Below are positions 51,879-62,737 of a stretch of DNA of 64,000 nt, in pieces. Source of the DNA: Brevundimonas sp. (GTDB taxonomy: Bacteria > Pseudomonadota > Alphaproteobacteria > Caulobacterales > Caulobacteraceae); contig JBKBSD010000005.1 of the NCBI GenBank assembly GCA_046291915.1, positions 98,292 through 162,291 of the forward strand, read 5' to 3'. The first letter of the stretch is position 1; every line of letters begins with the position of its first letter. Both the position numbers and the translations under genes were made by a program. A model generated the notes under the pieces. It did no database searches. It saw nothing but the letters and a program-made list of their open reading frames with translations, and was not told the origin of the DNA.

Positions 51879-52817
51879 TTACTGACCCATCATCGAGGCG
51901 ACTTCCGAAGCGAAGTCCGGGCCTTCGACCTTCTCGACGCCTTCACCCAGGGCCAGGCGGACGAAGCCGGCCAGGTGCAGGCCGGGGAAGCCCAGTTCCT
52001 TGCCCGTGTCGGCGACCAGCTGTTCGATGGTCACGTCGGGGTTCATGACGAACGGCTGCTTGGTCAGCACGACGTCCTTCTGGAACTTGTTGATCTGGCC
52101 TTCCACGATCTTGGCGATCATGGCTTCCGGACGGCCTTCTTCCTTGGCCTTCTCGGTCAGAACCTGACGTTCCTTCTCGATGGCGGCCGGGTCCAGATCG
52201 TCGGTGTTCAGCGACAGCGGGGCGGTCGCGGCGACGTGCATGGCGATCTTGCGGCCCAGTTCACGCAGGGCGGCCTTGTCGCCGCCGCCGTGCAGGGCGA
52301 CCAGAACGCCGATGCGGCCGACGCCCGGCGACACCGCGTTGTGGACGTAGGAGGCGACGACGCCTTCATCGACCGACAGGCGGGCGGCGCGGCGCAGCTG
52401 CATGTTCTCGCCGATGGTGGCGATCATGTTGGTGACTTCGTCCTGGACCGTCTTGCCGGCTTCCAGTTCGGCGCCGTGCAGGGCTTCGACCGAGGCGTGC
52501 TCGAGACCCAGCTGGGCGAACGACTTGGCGGCGTTCTGGAACAGCTCGTTACGGGCGACGAAATCGGTTTCGGCGTTGAACTCGATGGCGGCGCCGACTT
52601 CACCGGCTCCGACTTCCTTCGAGGCCACGGCGACCAGGCCTTCAGCGGCGACGCGGTCAGCCTTCTTGGCGGCCTTGGACAGGCCCTTGGCGCGCAGCCA
52701 GTCGATGGCGGCGTTGATGTCGCCGTCGGTTTCCTGGAGCGCCTTCTTGCAGTCCATCATGCCGACGCCGGACTTGGCGCGCAGTTCCATCACGAGAGCG
52801 GCGGTGATCTCAGCCAT
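51879..52817 (-). CDS. tsf: Elongation factor Ts
   Basis: [26 protein letters not shown]. Confidence 0.98.
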   Translation of the reverse strand: MAEITAALVMELRAKSGVGMMDCKKALQETDGDINAAIDWLRAKGLSKAAKKADRVAAEGLVAVASKEVGAGEVGAAIEFNAETDFVARNELFQNAAKSFAQLGLEHASVEALHGAELEAGKTVQDEVTNMIATIGENMQLRRAARLSVDEGVVASYVHNAVSPGVGRIGVLVALHGGGDKAALRELGRKIAMHVAATAPLSLNTDDLDPAAIEKERQVLTEKAKEEGRPEAMIAKIVEGQINKFQKDVVLTKQPFVMNPDVTIEQLVADTGKELGFPGLHLAGFVRLALGEGVEKVEGPDFASEVASMMGQ

Positions 52818-52924
52818 GAGAATTCTCCTTGGGGTCTTTTGTATGCGGTAACGGCCGGGGTGTTGTGCCCCGGCCGTGTGTCAGTTCAACGCACGGCTTT
52901 CGTCTGAAAGCCGCGGTGCGATCC

Positions 52925-53851
52925 TCAGACCGCGGCCTTCTCGGTTTCGACGGCGTCGTTGGCGTCCGAAGTCGCGGCTTGCGCGGCGTCGTCGGCGACG
53001 GCGGGCTCTTCAGCGGCGGCCGGTTCGGCAGCGGCTTCCAGCTCGGCGGCGACGTCTTCGGTGCCGGCCGGGGCGGCGTCAGCGGCGACCGGGGCCGAGG
53101 CCTCGCGCAGCATCGGCTCTTCCGGGTTCACGGCGGCGCCCAGGTCCACGCCCGAGGCCGACTGGCCGGCGGCCAGACCGTCGAGGACGGCGTCGGCGAC
53201 CAGATCGCAATAGGTCTGGATGGCGCGGGCGGCGTCGTCGTTGCCCGGGACCGGGAAGGTGATGCCGTCCGGATCCGAGTTGGTGTCCAGGATGGCGACG
53301 ATCGGGATGTTCAGCTTGCGGGCTTCGAGGATCGCGATCGCTTCCTTGTTGGTGTCGATCACGAACATGATGTCGGGGATGCCGCCCATGTCGCGGATGC
53401 CGCCCAGCGAGGCGTCCAGCTTGTCACGCTCGCGCTGAAGGCTCAGCAGCTCGCGCTTGACGCGGCCTTCACCGCCGGACTCCAGCAGGGCGTCCAGTTC
53501 GCGCAGGCGGGCGATCGAGCCCGAAACGGTCTTCCAGTTGGTCAGCGTGCCGCCGAGCCAACGGTTGTTCATGTAGTACTGGGCGCAACGCTTGGCGGCT
53601 TCGGCCACCGGGTCCGACGCCTGGCGCTTGGTGCCGACGAACAGGACGCGACCGCCCTTGGCGGCGACGTTGCGGATTTCGACCAGCGCCTGGTGCAGCA
53701 GCGGCATCGTCTGCGACAGGTCGATGATGTGGATGTTCGAGCGGGCGCCGAAGATGTAGCGGTCCATCTTCGGGTTCCAGCGGTGCGTCTGGTGACCGAA
53801 GTGGGCGCCGGCTTCGAGGAGCGAACGCATGGAGAATTCAGGCAGAGCCAT
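52925..53851 (-). CDS. rpsB: 30S ribosomal protein S2
   Basis: [26 protein letters not shown]; acidic Ala-rich tail. Confidence 0.98.
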   Translation of the reverse strand: MALPEFSMRSLLEAGAHFGHQTHRWNPKMDRYIFGARSNIHIIDLSQTMPLLHQALVEIRNVAAKGGRVLFVGTKRQASDPVAEAAKRCAQYYMNNRWLGGTLTNWKTVSGSIARLRELDALLESGGEGRVKRELLSLQRERDKLDASLGGIRDMGGIPDIMFVIDTNKEAIAILEARKLNIPIVAILDTNSDPDGITFPVPGNDDAARAIQTYCDLVADAVLDGLAAGQSASGVDLGAAVNPEEPMLREASAPVAADAAPAGTEDVAAELEAAAEPAAAEEPAVADDAAQAATSDANDAVETEKAAV

Positions 53852-53965
53852 GATCGGGTATTCCTTTTTCCGATAGACGTTGCGCGGGCGTTTTAAAGAT
53901 CCGGCTGGACCCTCGGAATGGTGCGGTCGGGGATTTATCCCCCGGCTGCGCCACGCCCACGTGCG
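53852..53965 (-). promoter_or_regulatory. Structured rpsB 5' leader (possible S2 autoregulatory element)
   Basis: Long leader with GGGGATAAATCCCC hairpin; assignment rests on position and known S2 autoregulation. Confidence 0.4.
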
Positions 53966-54019
53966 AAGTGCGCGCGGCTTCTAGGCGGGATGGGCCGAAA
54001 TAGCAAGCGCGGACGGCGC

Positions 54020-54847
54020 CTAGGCGTCGTCTTCGACCGGAGAGTACTCAAGGCCGTCTCCGACCTGATCGATCGTCAGGAGCGGCCCCGGCGGCAGGGT
54101 GGACCAGACGGCCGGCGGATCCTTGGCCGCGTCGATCGTCGACCGCACCGTGCTGACGCGCCGGGACAGGAAGTTGACGCTCCGGTCCAGGGTCTGGCCG
54201 GTGTTGCGGGCCACCTCGGAATAGTCGTGTCCGATCAGCCGCAGGGCGTCGTCCCGCCAGCGGAAGCGCGAAACCGAGTCGAACATGGTCCAGCCGCCGG
54301 CTGAGGGGAAGAAATGCAGCGCAATAGACAGCGTCCCGTTGCGGATTTCGGGCGCGGTCTCCAGCACCTCGTCCAACACCGGCACGAGGGGGCGCGCGAT
54401 GAAGGTGTGGTTGTGCACGACCAGATCATAGCCGCCGTCCCGGCCCAGTCCCACGATCAGGAGGCGGGGATTGGTGTCGAATGTGTCGGGTCCGAAACCG
54501 TCATTCCGGACCACGTTCGCCGGGTCGTTCTGCCTGAGGATCAGCACCGCGTCCGCGACGCCGTCGCCGCTCAGGTCGCCTGTCAGACGGTGCTCGATCC
54601 GCCAGCCCTTCGGCGCCAGGGCGGCCGGATCGGTGAAGCGGGCCGGAAGGGGCGGATAGACGGCGGGTGGGACGCCGAGCGGGTTGTCGTCGCCGACCGG
54701 CACGACCGCCCCCGCCCAACCCGGGGACGGGGCGGAAGCCTGCGGGGCGGACGGCGGAGCCGGGGCGCGCGGCGCATCGGCCGCGTCGGTCGGCTGCCCG
54801 CAGGCCGCAAGGATCAGGCTGGCGGCGATCGCAACAGTCGGTTTCAT
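54020..54847 (-). CDS. Hypothetical lipoprotein
   Basis: Lipobox LAAC in MKPTVAIAASLILAACG; Pro-rich linker; GDLSGDGVAD motif. Confidence 0.7.
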   Translation of the reverse strand: MKPTVAIAASLILAACGQPTDAADAPRAPAPPSAPQASAPSPGWAGAVVPVGDDNPLGVPPAVYPPLPARFTDPAALAPKGWRIEHRLTGDLSGDGVADAVLILRQNDPANVVRNDGFGPDTFDTNPRLLIVGLGRDGGYDLVVHNHTFIARPLVPVLDEVLETAPEIRNGTLSIALHFFPSAGGWTMFDSVSRFRWRDDALRLIGHDYSEVARNTGQTLDRSVNFLSRRVSTVRSTIDAAKDPPAVWSTLPPGPLLTIDQVGDGLEYSPVEDDA

Positions 54848-54891
54848 CGGAGGCCCCGTTTCGGCCACCCTGAAGCACTTCCGGGTCGCCG

Positions 54892-57315
54892 TCACGTTCC
54901 GCGTGGCTTGACCCTGTTGGTGGCCTCGGCGACGGAGGGATCCTCGGGCCAGGGATGGCGCGGATAGCGGCCGCGCATGTCGGCGCGGACATCCTTCCAG
55001 GACCCGGCCCAGAAGCCCGGCAGGTCCTTGGTCATCTGGATCGGCCGGCGCGCGGGCGAGAGCAGGGCCAGCGTCAGGGCCACGCCCCGGCCGACCGTGG
55101 GATGGGTCTTCACCCCGAACAGCTCCTGCACCCGGATGTCCACGCGCGGGCCGCCCTCGGCGGCGTAGTCGATGGCGGCTGAGCCCAGCGGCGTCTCCAG
55201 TCGTTCGGGCGCCAGATCGTTCAGGGCGCGCTGGCGGTCCCACGGGATCAGGCTGCGCAGCCCGTCGGCGAGGGCCCCGTCGGCAAGGGCGCCGAGCGAC
55301 TGCACCGTGTCCAGCAAGGGCCACAGCCAGGTCTCGCGTTCCGCCCACAGGCCCGCATCGGACATGTCCGGCCAGCCGTCCTCCAGCGCCGACAGGAAGG
55401 CCAGACGGGCGCGCAGGGCCGAGGCGCGATCGCCCCAGCGGATCGCCTTCAGCCCGTCCGCCTCGACCTCCGCCTTCAGGGCGGCCGTGATGGCCTTGCG
55501 GTCCGGCGCGCCCATGATCTTCTCATCGACGACGATGGCGCCGATCCGGCGGATGCGCTTCAGCACCATCCGGCCCGAGGGCTCGCGGGTCAGCCGGTCC
55601 TCGACCTCCAGCCGATGCTCCAGATCGGACAGGTCCACCGGCGCGGCCAGGCGGATGCGGTCACGCGCGTCTCCACCGCCCAGCTCCGCCACCGCCAGCC
55701 AGGGCTCGCGCGCCAGGACATCGGTCGGGTCGAGAAAGGCGCCGCGCCCGGAGGCCAGCAGGAACTCCCCCGGCTTGCCGCGCGCCTTGGCGACCCGCTC
55801 GGGGAAGGCCTCGGCCAGCAGGGCGCCGGGGTCCGCCTGCCCCCCCTTCCCGTTCCCGGCCGCCTTCGCCCAGCGGTCGGCCAGCTTCATCGCGTCGCGA
55901 GCACGGGGTGAACGGTCGATCTCCCGATCCAGGCCACGCAGGCGTTCGGACAGATCTACGCCGCTGCCGCCCAGTCCGGGCTCGCTGAGGACGGCGGCGA
56001 TGCACGCGCCGCGCAGGGCGTCGTCCTGATCGCTCGCGACCGCCACCATATGCGCAAGTCGGGGCGACAGGGGGATGCGGGTCAGGCGGCGCCCGTGGTC
56101 TGTCAGGGCGCCGTCGGCGTCCAAGGCCTCCAGCCGCTGCAACACCTTGCGCGCCTCGGCGAAGGCGCCGGCGGGTGGCGGGTCCAGCAGGGCCAGCCCA
56201 TCCGGCGACCGCGCGCCCCAGCGGGCCAGATCCAGCGCGAAAGCGGTCAGGTCGGCCTCGAGGATTTCCGGCCGCTGGTGCGACACCAGTCCGCGCGTCT
56301 GCTCCTCATCCCACAGCCGGTAGCAGACACCGGGTTCGACCCGCCCTGCCCGCCCCCGCCGCTGTTCGGCGGAGGATTTGCTGACCTTGACCGTCGCCAG
56401 CCGGGTCAGGCCGCTGGACGGCTCGAACCGGGGCACGCGCGACAGGCCGCCGTCGATGACCACGCGCACGCCCTCGATGGTCAGGCTGGTCTCGGCGACC
56501 GAGGTGGCCAGCACGATCTTGCGACGGCCGGGCGCGGGCGGTTCGATGGCCCGGTCCTGCTCACCCTTGTCCAGTCCGCCGTACAGCGGGACGACATCGG
56601 CGTTGGCGGGCAGCCGATCGCCCAGGGCCCGGGCGACGCGATGGATCTCCCCCTGCCCCGGCAGGAAGACGAGGATGGAGCCGGTCTCGTCGGCCAGCGC
56701 CTGCCGCACCGCGCGGGCGACGGCGTCCTCAAGCCGTTCGGCGGCGTTACGGCCGAGATAGCGGGTCTCCACCGGAAACATCCGGCCCTCGGCCTCGATC
56801 ACCGGGGCGCCGTCAAGCAGCCGGGACACGCCGGCGATGTCCAGGGTCGCCGACATGACCAGCAGCCGAAGATCCTCGCGCAACAGCCCTTGCGCCTCGC
56901 GCGCCAGCGCCAGCCCCAGGTCGGCGTCCAGACTGCGCTCATGGAACTCGTCGAACAGGACCGCGGCGACGCCGTCCAGGGTCGGATCGTCCAGAATCAT
57001 GCGGGTGAAGACACCCTCGGTGATGACCTCGATCCGGGTTTTCGGGCCGATTCGGCTCTGCAGCCGGGTGCGGTAGCCGACGATCCCGCCCGCCTGTTCG
57101 TCCAGGGAGGCGGCCATCCGGTCGGCGGCGGCCCGCGCGGCGAGACGTCGCGGCTCCAGCACCAGCACCCGCCCATCGCCCCGCCACGGCTGGTCCAGCA
57201 GGGCCAGCGGCACGACCGTCGTCTTGCCCGCCCCCGGTGGGGCGGCCAGCACGGCGACATTGCCGTCCCGCAAGGCGGCCTTCAGGGGCTCGAGGACGGA
57301 ATGGATCGGAAGCAT
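54892..57315 (-). CDS. hrpB: ATP-dependent helicase HrpB
   Basis: APPGAGKTT, DEFHER, MSAT, QRRGRAGR, C-terminal GRYPRHPWP. Confidence 0.96.
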   Translation of the reverse strand: MLPIHSVLEPLKAALRDGNVAVLAAPPGAGKTTVVPLALLDQPWRGDGRVLVLEPRRLAARAAADRMAASLDEQAGGIVGYRTRLQSRIGPKTRIEVITEGVFTRMILDDPTLDGVAAVLFDEFHERSLDADLGLALAREAQGLLREDLRLLVMSATLDIAGVSRLLDGAPVIEAEGRMFPVETRYLGRNAAERLEDAVARAVRQALADETGSILVFLPGQGEIHRVARALGDRLPANADVVPLYGGLDKGEQDRAIEPPAPGRRKIVLATSVAETSLTIEGVRVVIDGGLSRVPRFEPSSGLTRLATVKVSKSSAEQRRGRAGRVEPGVCYRLWDEEQTRGLVSHQRPEILEADLTAFALDLARWGARSPDGLALLDPPPAGAFAEARKVLQRLEALDADGALTDHGRRLTRIPLSPRLAHMVAVASDQDDALRGACIAAVLSEPGLGGSGVDLSERLRGLDREIDRSPRARDAMKLADRWAKAAGNGKGGQADPGALLAEAFPERVAKARGKPGEFLLASGRGAFLDPTDVLAREPWLAVAELGGGDARDRIRLAAPVDLSDLEHRLEVEDRLTREPSGRMVLKRIRRIGAIVVDEKIMGAPDRKAITAALKAEVEADGLKAIRWGDRASALRARLAFLSALEDGWPDMSDAGLWAERETWLWPLLDTVQSLGALADGALADGLRSLIPWDRQRALNDLAPERLETPLGSAAIDYAAEGGPRVDIRVQELFGVKTHPTVGRGVALTLALLSPARRPIQMTKDLPGFWAGSWKDVRADMRGRYPRHPWPEDPSVAEATNRVKPRGT

Positions 57316-57506
57316 CGGCCTGAGGCTCAAGTCGCGCAACGCGCGATCACCGCGCCGGAATGCTGCGGTCTAGCCGCAATGGGCCGGGTCACGAAAGCGT
57401 CGTCGCAGGTTCACGCTTCGGAAACCGCGTTGCCACCGGTCCTTCGCCCCGCTAGCGTCCGCGCCAAAGCAGCGAGAGGGCTGCTCAAATGTCGGAGGGG
57501 TAATTT

Positions 57507-59075
57507 ATGTGGCGCGTTAAATCGCTAGACGCGATTCTGGCCACGGCCGAGAAGAAGTCGCTTCATCGGTCGCTGGGTCCGATCCAACTCACACTTCTGG
57601 GGATCGGGGCCATCATCGGCACCGGGATCTTCGTTCTGACGGCCGCCGCCTCGCAGAAGGCCGGCCCGGGCATGATGCTCAGCTTCGTCATCGCCGGCGC
57701 CGTCTGCGCCGTGGCGGCGCTCTGCTACTCCGAGCTGGCGGCCATGGCCCCGGTGTCGGGCTCGGCCTACACCTATACCTATGCCGTGATGGGCGAACTG
57801 CTGGCGTGGTGCGTCGGCTGGGCCCTGATCCTGGAATACGCCGTCGCGGCCTCGGCCGTGTCGGTCGGCTGGTCAGGCTATGTGCTGGGGCTGATTGAAC
57901 AGGGACTGCATTTCGACTTCCCTGACCTTCTCTCCGCCGGACCGACCTGGTCGATGAACGGCTTCATTCCGTCGCCCGACTTCTCGGCGGGCATCGTCAA
58001 CGTGCCGGCCATCGTCGTGGCCCTGGCCGTGACCGCCCTGCTGGTCCTCGGCACCACGGAATCGGCGCGCGTCAACGCGGTTCTGGTCCTGATCAAGGTC
58101 GCCGCCCTGACGGTCTTCGTCGTCCTGACCCTGCCGGTCATCAAGTCGGCCAACCTGTCGCCCTTCGCGCCCAACGGGGCGTTCGGCGCCTATTCGGGCA
58201 TGGGCGTCGTCGGCGCCGCGGCCTCGATCTTCTTCGCCTACGTCGGCTTCGACGCGGTTTCGACCGCCGCCGAGGAAACCAAGAACCCGCAGAAGAACGT
58301 CCCCATCGGCCTGATCGGCTCGCTGGCCTTCTGTACGGTCTTCTACCTGCTGGTCGCCCTGGGCGCCGCCGGCTCCATCGGCGCACAGCCGGTGCTCGGC
58401 ATCGACGGTTCGGCCGTGCAGCCGGGTTCGCCCGCCTTCGTCGCGGCCTGCGCCCTGACGGAGAACAGCGAGCGTCTGGTCTGCTCGAACGAGGCCCTGG
58501 CCCACGTTCTGCGCGTCATCGGTCATGAGCAGGTCGGCAACGCCCTGGGCATCGCCGCCATGCTGGCCCTGCCCTCGGTCATCCTGATGATGATCTACGG
58601 CCAGACCCGCATCTTCTTCGTGATGGCGCGTGACGGTCTGCTGCCGGAAGGCCTGACCAAGATGCACAAGCGGTTCAAGACGCCCTACGTCGTGACCATC
58701 TTCACCGGTCTGGCCGTCGCTATCGGCGGCGCGCTGTTCCCGGTCGGTCAGCTGGCCGACATCTCGAACTCGGGCACCCTGTTCGCCTTCTTCATGGTGT
58801 CGATCGCGGTCGTGGTGCTGCGCAGGACCGATCCGAACCGCGCCCGTCCGTTCCGGATGCCGCTGGTCTACGTCATCGCCCCGCTCTCGGCCCTCGGCTG
58901 CGCCTTCCTGTTCTGGAACCTGCCGCACGACGCCAAGATGGTGCTCCCGATCTGGGGCGCCGTCGGTCTGGTGATCTACTTCCTGTATGGCGTCCGCAAG
59001 AGCCACCTGGGCCGCGGCCACGTCGAGGTCCATGAGCAGGACAACGACATCCCGCCGCCGCCGGCGACGACCTGA
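57507..59075 (+). CDS. APC family amino acid permease
   Basis: GAIIGTGIF, GSAYTY, FFAYVGFDAVST.AEE; many TMs. Confidence 0.93.
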   Translation: MWRVKSLDAILATAEKKSLHRSLGPIQLTLLGIGAIIGTGIFVLTAAASQKAGPGMMLSFVIAGAVCAVAALCYSELAAMAPVSGSAYTYTYAVMGELLAWCVGWALILEYAVAASAVSVGWSGYVLGLIEQGLHFDFPDLLSAGPTWSMNGFIPSPDFSAGIVNVPAIVVALAVTALLVLGTTESARVNAVLVLIKVAALTVFVVLTLPVIKSANLSPFAPNGAFGAYSGMGVVGAAASIFFAYVGFDAVSTAAEETKNPQKNVPIGLIGSLAFCTVFYLLVALGAAGSIGAQPVLGIDGSAVQPGSPAFVAACALTENSERLVCSNEALAHVLRVIGHEQVGNALGIAAMLALPSVILMMIYGQTRIFFVMARDGLLPEGLTKMHKRFKTPYVVTIFTGLAVAIGGALFPVGQLADISNSGTLFAFFMVSIAVVVLRRTDPNRARPFRMPLVYVIAPLSALGCAFLFWNLPHDAKMVLPIWGAVGLVIYFLYGVRKSHLGRGHVEVHEQDNDIPPPPATT

Positions 59076-59097
59076 TCTGCGGATCAGCTGAAAGACA

Positions 59098-59132
59098 GAA
59101 AGGCCCGGGAGCGATCCCGGGCCTTTTTTCTT
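59098..59132 (+). terminator. Intrinsic terminator
   Basis: AAAGGCCCGGGA-GCGA-TCCCGGGCCTTT followed by T-run. Confidence 0.88.
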
Positions 59133-59253
59133 GGCGGGCGATGCCGGCAGGCGCGCCCAGTTTCCGGGGTCGCGGGCGCGGGCGTCCGCAGGCTGTTCAA
59201 CTGAGCCTCTTGCCCGACGCGCCCCTGCCCCTTAGGACCGGCGGCGAACCTTT

Positions 59254-59338
59254 GCGGATGTGGCGGAACTGGTAGACGCACTGGATTTAGGTTCCAGCGC
59301 CGCAAGGCGTGGAGGTTCGAGTCCTCTCATCCGCACCA
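59254..59338 (+). tRNA. tRNA-Leu (anticodon TAG)
   Basis: GCGGATG/CATCCGC acceptor stem, CTGGA-TTTAGGT-TCCAG anticodon arm, long variable arm, GGTTCGAGTCC, encoded CCA. Confidence 0.97.
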
Positions 59339-59469
59339 TCTCTTTTTTACAGGCCTACGCGCGCGACGCGGTTGCTCGTAGCCTGAGGCCGCTCCCTCCC
59401 GGTTCGGGTTTTTCGCTTGGGATTCGGAACAGCTAGCCCTCGGTGGCGGGCTTTTTCTTTGTTCACATA

Positions 59470-59484
59470 GTTCTTGCTTTGTTC
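59470..59484 (+). promoter_or_regulatory. LexA box upstream of radical SAM gene
   Basis: GTTC-TTGCTTT-GTTC, with an extra GTTC at 59461. Confidence 0.8.
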
Positions 59485-59507
59485 TCATTTCGCCGTATCG
59501 TTCTCCT

Positions 59508-60581
59508 ATGGCTGAGACGGCGAAAGGACGGGGTGCGCGGTCGAATGCGACCGGGCGCTATGAACCGGAAACGGTCGAGGCCTTCGATGACGGATGGACG
59601 GATCAGGACGCTGAGGCGGCGCCGCTGCGCACGACCCTGACGCCCGAAACGGCCCGGACGATCATTACCAGGAACACCAGTCCGGATATCGGTTTCGACC
59701 GGTCCATCAACCCGTACAAAGGTTGCGAACATGGCTGCATCTACTGTTACGCCCGTCCGTCCCATGCCTGGATGGGCCTATCCCCGGGCCTGGATTTCGA
59801 GAGCCGGATCTTCTTCAAGCCGGGCGCCGCAGGTTTGCTGGAGCAGGAACTCTGCAAGCCGCGATACGTCTGCAAACGCATCCACATAGGCGGCAACACC
59901 GACCCCTATCAGCCGGTGGAGCGCGAGCTGAAATCCACGCGCTCGATCCTGGAGGTGATGCAGCGGTTCAATCATCCGTTCAGCATCATCACAAAGTCTG
60001 TGCTGATCGCTCGCGATGTCGACATCCTCGGGCCCATGGGACGTGACGGGCTGGCCTCGGCCTTCGTCTCCATCACCACGCTGGACCGGGGCCTGGCGCG
60101 TGCGATGGAGCCTCGCGCTTCCACCCCCGCCAAGCGGCTGGAGGCGATTTCCCGTCTGGCCGACGCGGGCGTGCCGGTGGGCGTCGGCTTCGCGCCGGTC
60201 ATCCCCGGCCTCAACGACCATGAGCTTGAGGCCATTCTCGAAGCGGCGGCCAAGGCCGGGGCCACCACGGCCATGTATGTGACGCTGCGCCTGCCGCTGG
60301 AGATCAAGGATCTGTTCCGCGAATGGCTGGCCGACGCCCGCCCGGACCGCGCGGCCCGGGTCATGTCCCTGATCCGCCAGACGCGCGGCGGCAAGGACTA
60401 TGACGCCGACTGGTCCCAGCGGATGAAGGGCACGGGACCGGTCGCCGAGCTGATCGGCGCCCGCTTCAAGGCGGCGGTGAAACGCTACGGCCTCGAAGCC
60501 CCCCGCCATCAACTGGATGAGAGCCGCTTCAGGGTCCCGGCGTCGGCCCGGCCGCAGATGGACCTGTTCGACGCGGCGTGA
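59508..60581 (+). CDS. PA0069/Rv2578c family radical SAM protein (SplB-like)
   Basis: SINPYKGCEHGCIYCYAR (CxxxCxxC), NTDPYQPVE; C-terminal QMDLF beta-clamp-like motif. Confidence 0.92.
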   Translation: MAETAKGRGARSNATGRYEPETVEAFDDGWTDQDAEAAPLRTTLTPETARTIITRNTSPDIGFDRSINPYKGCEHGCIYCYARPSHAWMGLSPGLDFESRIFFKPGAAGLLEQELCKPRYVCKRIHIGGNTDPYQPVERELKSTRSILEVMQRFNHPFSIITKSVLIARDVDILGPMGRDGLASAFVSITTLDRGLARAMEPRASTPAKRLEAISRLADAGVPVGVGFAPVIPGLNDHELEAILEAAAKAGATTAMYVTLRLPLEIKDLFREWLADARPDRAARVMSLIRQTRGGKDYDADWSQRMKGTGPVAELIGARFKAAVKRYGLEAPRHQLDESRFRVPASARPQMDLFDAA

Positions 60582-60650
60582 CTGCAGAAGCAATTGGACA
60601 ATCCTTGTTCGCAGGTGCGAACTGAAGCGGTGCAGTTGCGAGGGGCGTCC

Positions 60651-61493
60651 ATGACTTCAATGACCCGGCTTGCGGCGTGTATCGCACTGGCCCTGACGCT
60701 TTCGGGCTGCCTGAAGGTCGATGTGCCCGAGCGCGCCTTCTTCTGGCCGGACGCGCGGCTGGTGCGGGAGAAGATCACGCTTCCCGACAATCCGCCGCCC
60801 GCGAGCGCCGAAACGCTGGTGCTCCGCTACGCCCAGGGGGACATCGGCGCGACCCGCATCCGCTCGGCGGACAGGTCGAAGCCGCTGATCCTGTTCTGCG
60901 GCGGCAACATGTTCCGGCGTCAGGCCGCCGGCGGGGCGCGCGCGGACTTCATGGGCCCGCTGGGTGATCTGCTGATGTTCGACTACCCCGGCTACGGCGG
61001 CACCGCGGGGCAGGACAGTTTCGCCAATTTCCGCGCCGTGGGCGAGGTGGTGGCCGACGAGGCGCGCCGTCAGGCCGACGCCGAGGGACGACGGCTGATT
61101 GTCTGGGGCCACTCCCTGGGCGGCATCGTCTGCGCCGAGGCCGCGCAACGCGCCCGCGCCGACCTGCTGGTGCTGGAGACGACCACGCCCGGCGCCCGCG
61201 CCACGGTGGAGAACCAGGTCGGGCTGATGCGACCCTTCGTGCGGGTCACCCTGGCCCCGGCGCTGGACGCCATCGACGTGCCTGGCTCGCTGCAAGGCTT
61301 CCCCAACAGGATCATCGTCATCGAGGCCGGCAAGGACGACACCCTGCCCCCGGCCCTCAGTCGCGCCCTGGCCCGCCGGCTGGAGGCGCAGGGCAATACG
61401 GTCGAACGCCTCGCCTTCCCTGCCGCCGGCCACAATGACGTCGGCCGCCAGCCGGACTTCGAAGCCCGTCTGAGCCGCGCCCTGGGCGGCTAG
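60651..61493 (+). CDS. Alpha/beta hydrolase lipoprotein
   Basis: Lipobox LSGC, DYPGYG, GHSLG nucleophile, D and GHND. Confidence 0.85.
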   Translation: MTSMTRLAACIALALTLSGCLKVDVPERAFFWPDARLVREKITLPDNPPPASAETLVLRYAQGDIGATRIRSADRSKPLILFCGGNMFRRQAAGGARADFMGPLGDLLMFDYPGYGGTAGQDSFANFRAVGEVVADEARRQADAEGRRLIVWGHSLGGIVCAEAAQRARADLLVLETTTPGARATVENQVGLMRPFVRVTLAPALDAIDVPGSLQGFPNRIIVIEAGKDDTLPPALSRALARRLEAQGNTVERLAFPAAGHNDVGRQPDFEARLSRALGG

Positions 61494-62737
61494 CGCCGGA
61501 AGACGCTGACCAGCTCCACATGCGCCGACCACAGGAACTGGTCGACCGGGGTGACGCTCTCCAGCCGGAAGCCAGCGTCCAGCAGCAGGCGGGCGTCGCG
61601 GGCGAAGGTGACCGGGTTGCAGGAGACGTAGACGACCGTCGTGGCCTTGCTCAGCGCGATCTGCCGGGTCTGGTCCAGCGCCCCCGCGCGCGGCGGGTCC
61701 AGAACGATGGCGTCGCAGCCGCGCAGGTCGTAGGGCGCCATCGGGCGGCGGAACAGGTCGCGCGCCTGGGCCTCGATCGTCTTGATGCCCTTGGCCGTTT
61801 TGAACCCGGCCTTCAACGCCGCGATTCCAGGCGCGGAGCCGTCGGCGGCGATCACCGGCGCGACCGTCGCCAGCGGGAAGGTGAAGGTCCCGGCGCCGCA
61901 GAACAGGTCGGCGATCTTTTTCGCCCCCTTCACCGCCCCCACGGCCAGGTCGACCATGGCCTGTTCGGCGGGCGGCGCGGCCTGCAGGAAGCCGCCGGGG
62001 GGGACGGGCACGGTCGCGGGGCCGAACTGGACCCGGGGCTGGCGCGCCATGACCAGGGTTTCGCCCGCCAGACTGAGCCGGGCCAGATCGGCGGCGGCGG
62101 AGGCTTCGATGGCCTTCATCTGGGCGTCGCGAGACAGGCCTCCGCCCGAGCGGCGCTCGACCCCGGTGACGTCCACGTCCAGACCGTCCAGCGTCAGGGT
62201 GACGTGCAGGGTCGGGGCGGATTTGGGATGTTCCAGGAAGGGCGCGGCCACCCTCGCCAGCGCCGGCAGGGCGGCGACCAGCCGGGGATCGGCGACGGGG
62301 CAGCTCGTGACCTCGACCAGCCGCCAGCTCTTGCGCGCCTTGAAGCCGAGGATGGCGCCGCCGTCGGGGCCGGGCCGGGCATGAAGGGCCAACCGGCGAC
62401 GCGTGCCCGGCGCCACGGCGACCGTGACCCCGACGTCGGCCTCGATCCCCTCGCGGGCCAGGGCCAGCCGCACCTGCTCGCGCTTCCAGTCCAGATAGGG
62501 CCCGGTCGCCCAGTGCTGCAGCGAACAGCCGCCGCAGTCGCCGTACTGGGGCGACACCGGCGCGACCCGGTCGGCGCTGGGCGTCACGATCTCGATCTCT
62601 TCCAGCCGCCCGTCACGCACCACGCCGCGCACGGTCTCGCCCGGCAGGGTCAGGGGGGCGAAGATGGGACCGGCGGGGGTCTGGGCGATCCCGTCGCCCT
62701 GCCCGCCCACGCGCGCGATGGTCAGTGTTTCCGTCAT
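61490..62737 (-). CDS. RlmD/TrmA family RNA m5U methyltransferase
   Basis: CGGCSLQH, FLQA, DLFCGAG, LDPPRAG, YVSCNP, DQFLWSAHVE. Confidence 0.9.
   Translation of the reverse strand: MTETLTIARVGGQGDGIAQTPAGPIFAPLTLPGETVRGVVRDGRLEEIEIVTPSADRVAPVSPQYGDCGGCSLQHWATGPYLDWKREQVRLALAREGIEADVGVTVAVAPGTRRRLALHARPGPDGGAILGFKARKSWRLVEVTSCPVADPRLVAALPALARVAAPFLEHPKSAPTLHVTLTLDGLDVDVTGVERRSGGGLSRDAQMKAIEASAAADLARLSLAGETLVMARQPRVQFGPATVPVPPGGFLQAAPPAEQAMVDLAVGAVKGAKKIADLFCGAGTFTFPLATVAPVIAADGSAPGIAALKAGFKTAKGIKTIEAQARDLFRRPMAPYDLRGCDAIVLDPPRAGALDQTRQIALSKATTVVYVSCNPVTFARDARLLLDAGFRLESVTPVDQFLWSAHVELVSVFRR

Noticed and set aside
59339-59460. Possible island integrated at tRNA-Leu
   Set aside because: No integrase and no duplicated tRNA 3' end seen within the window
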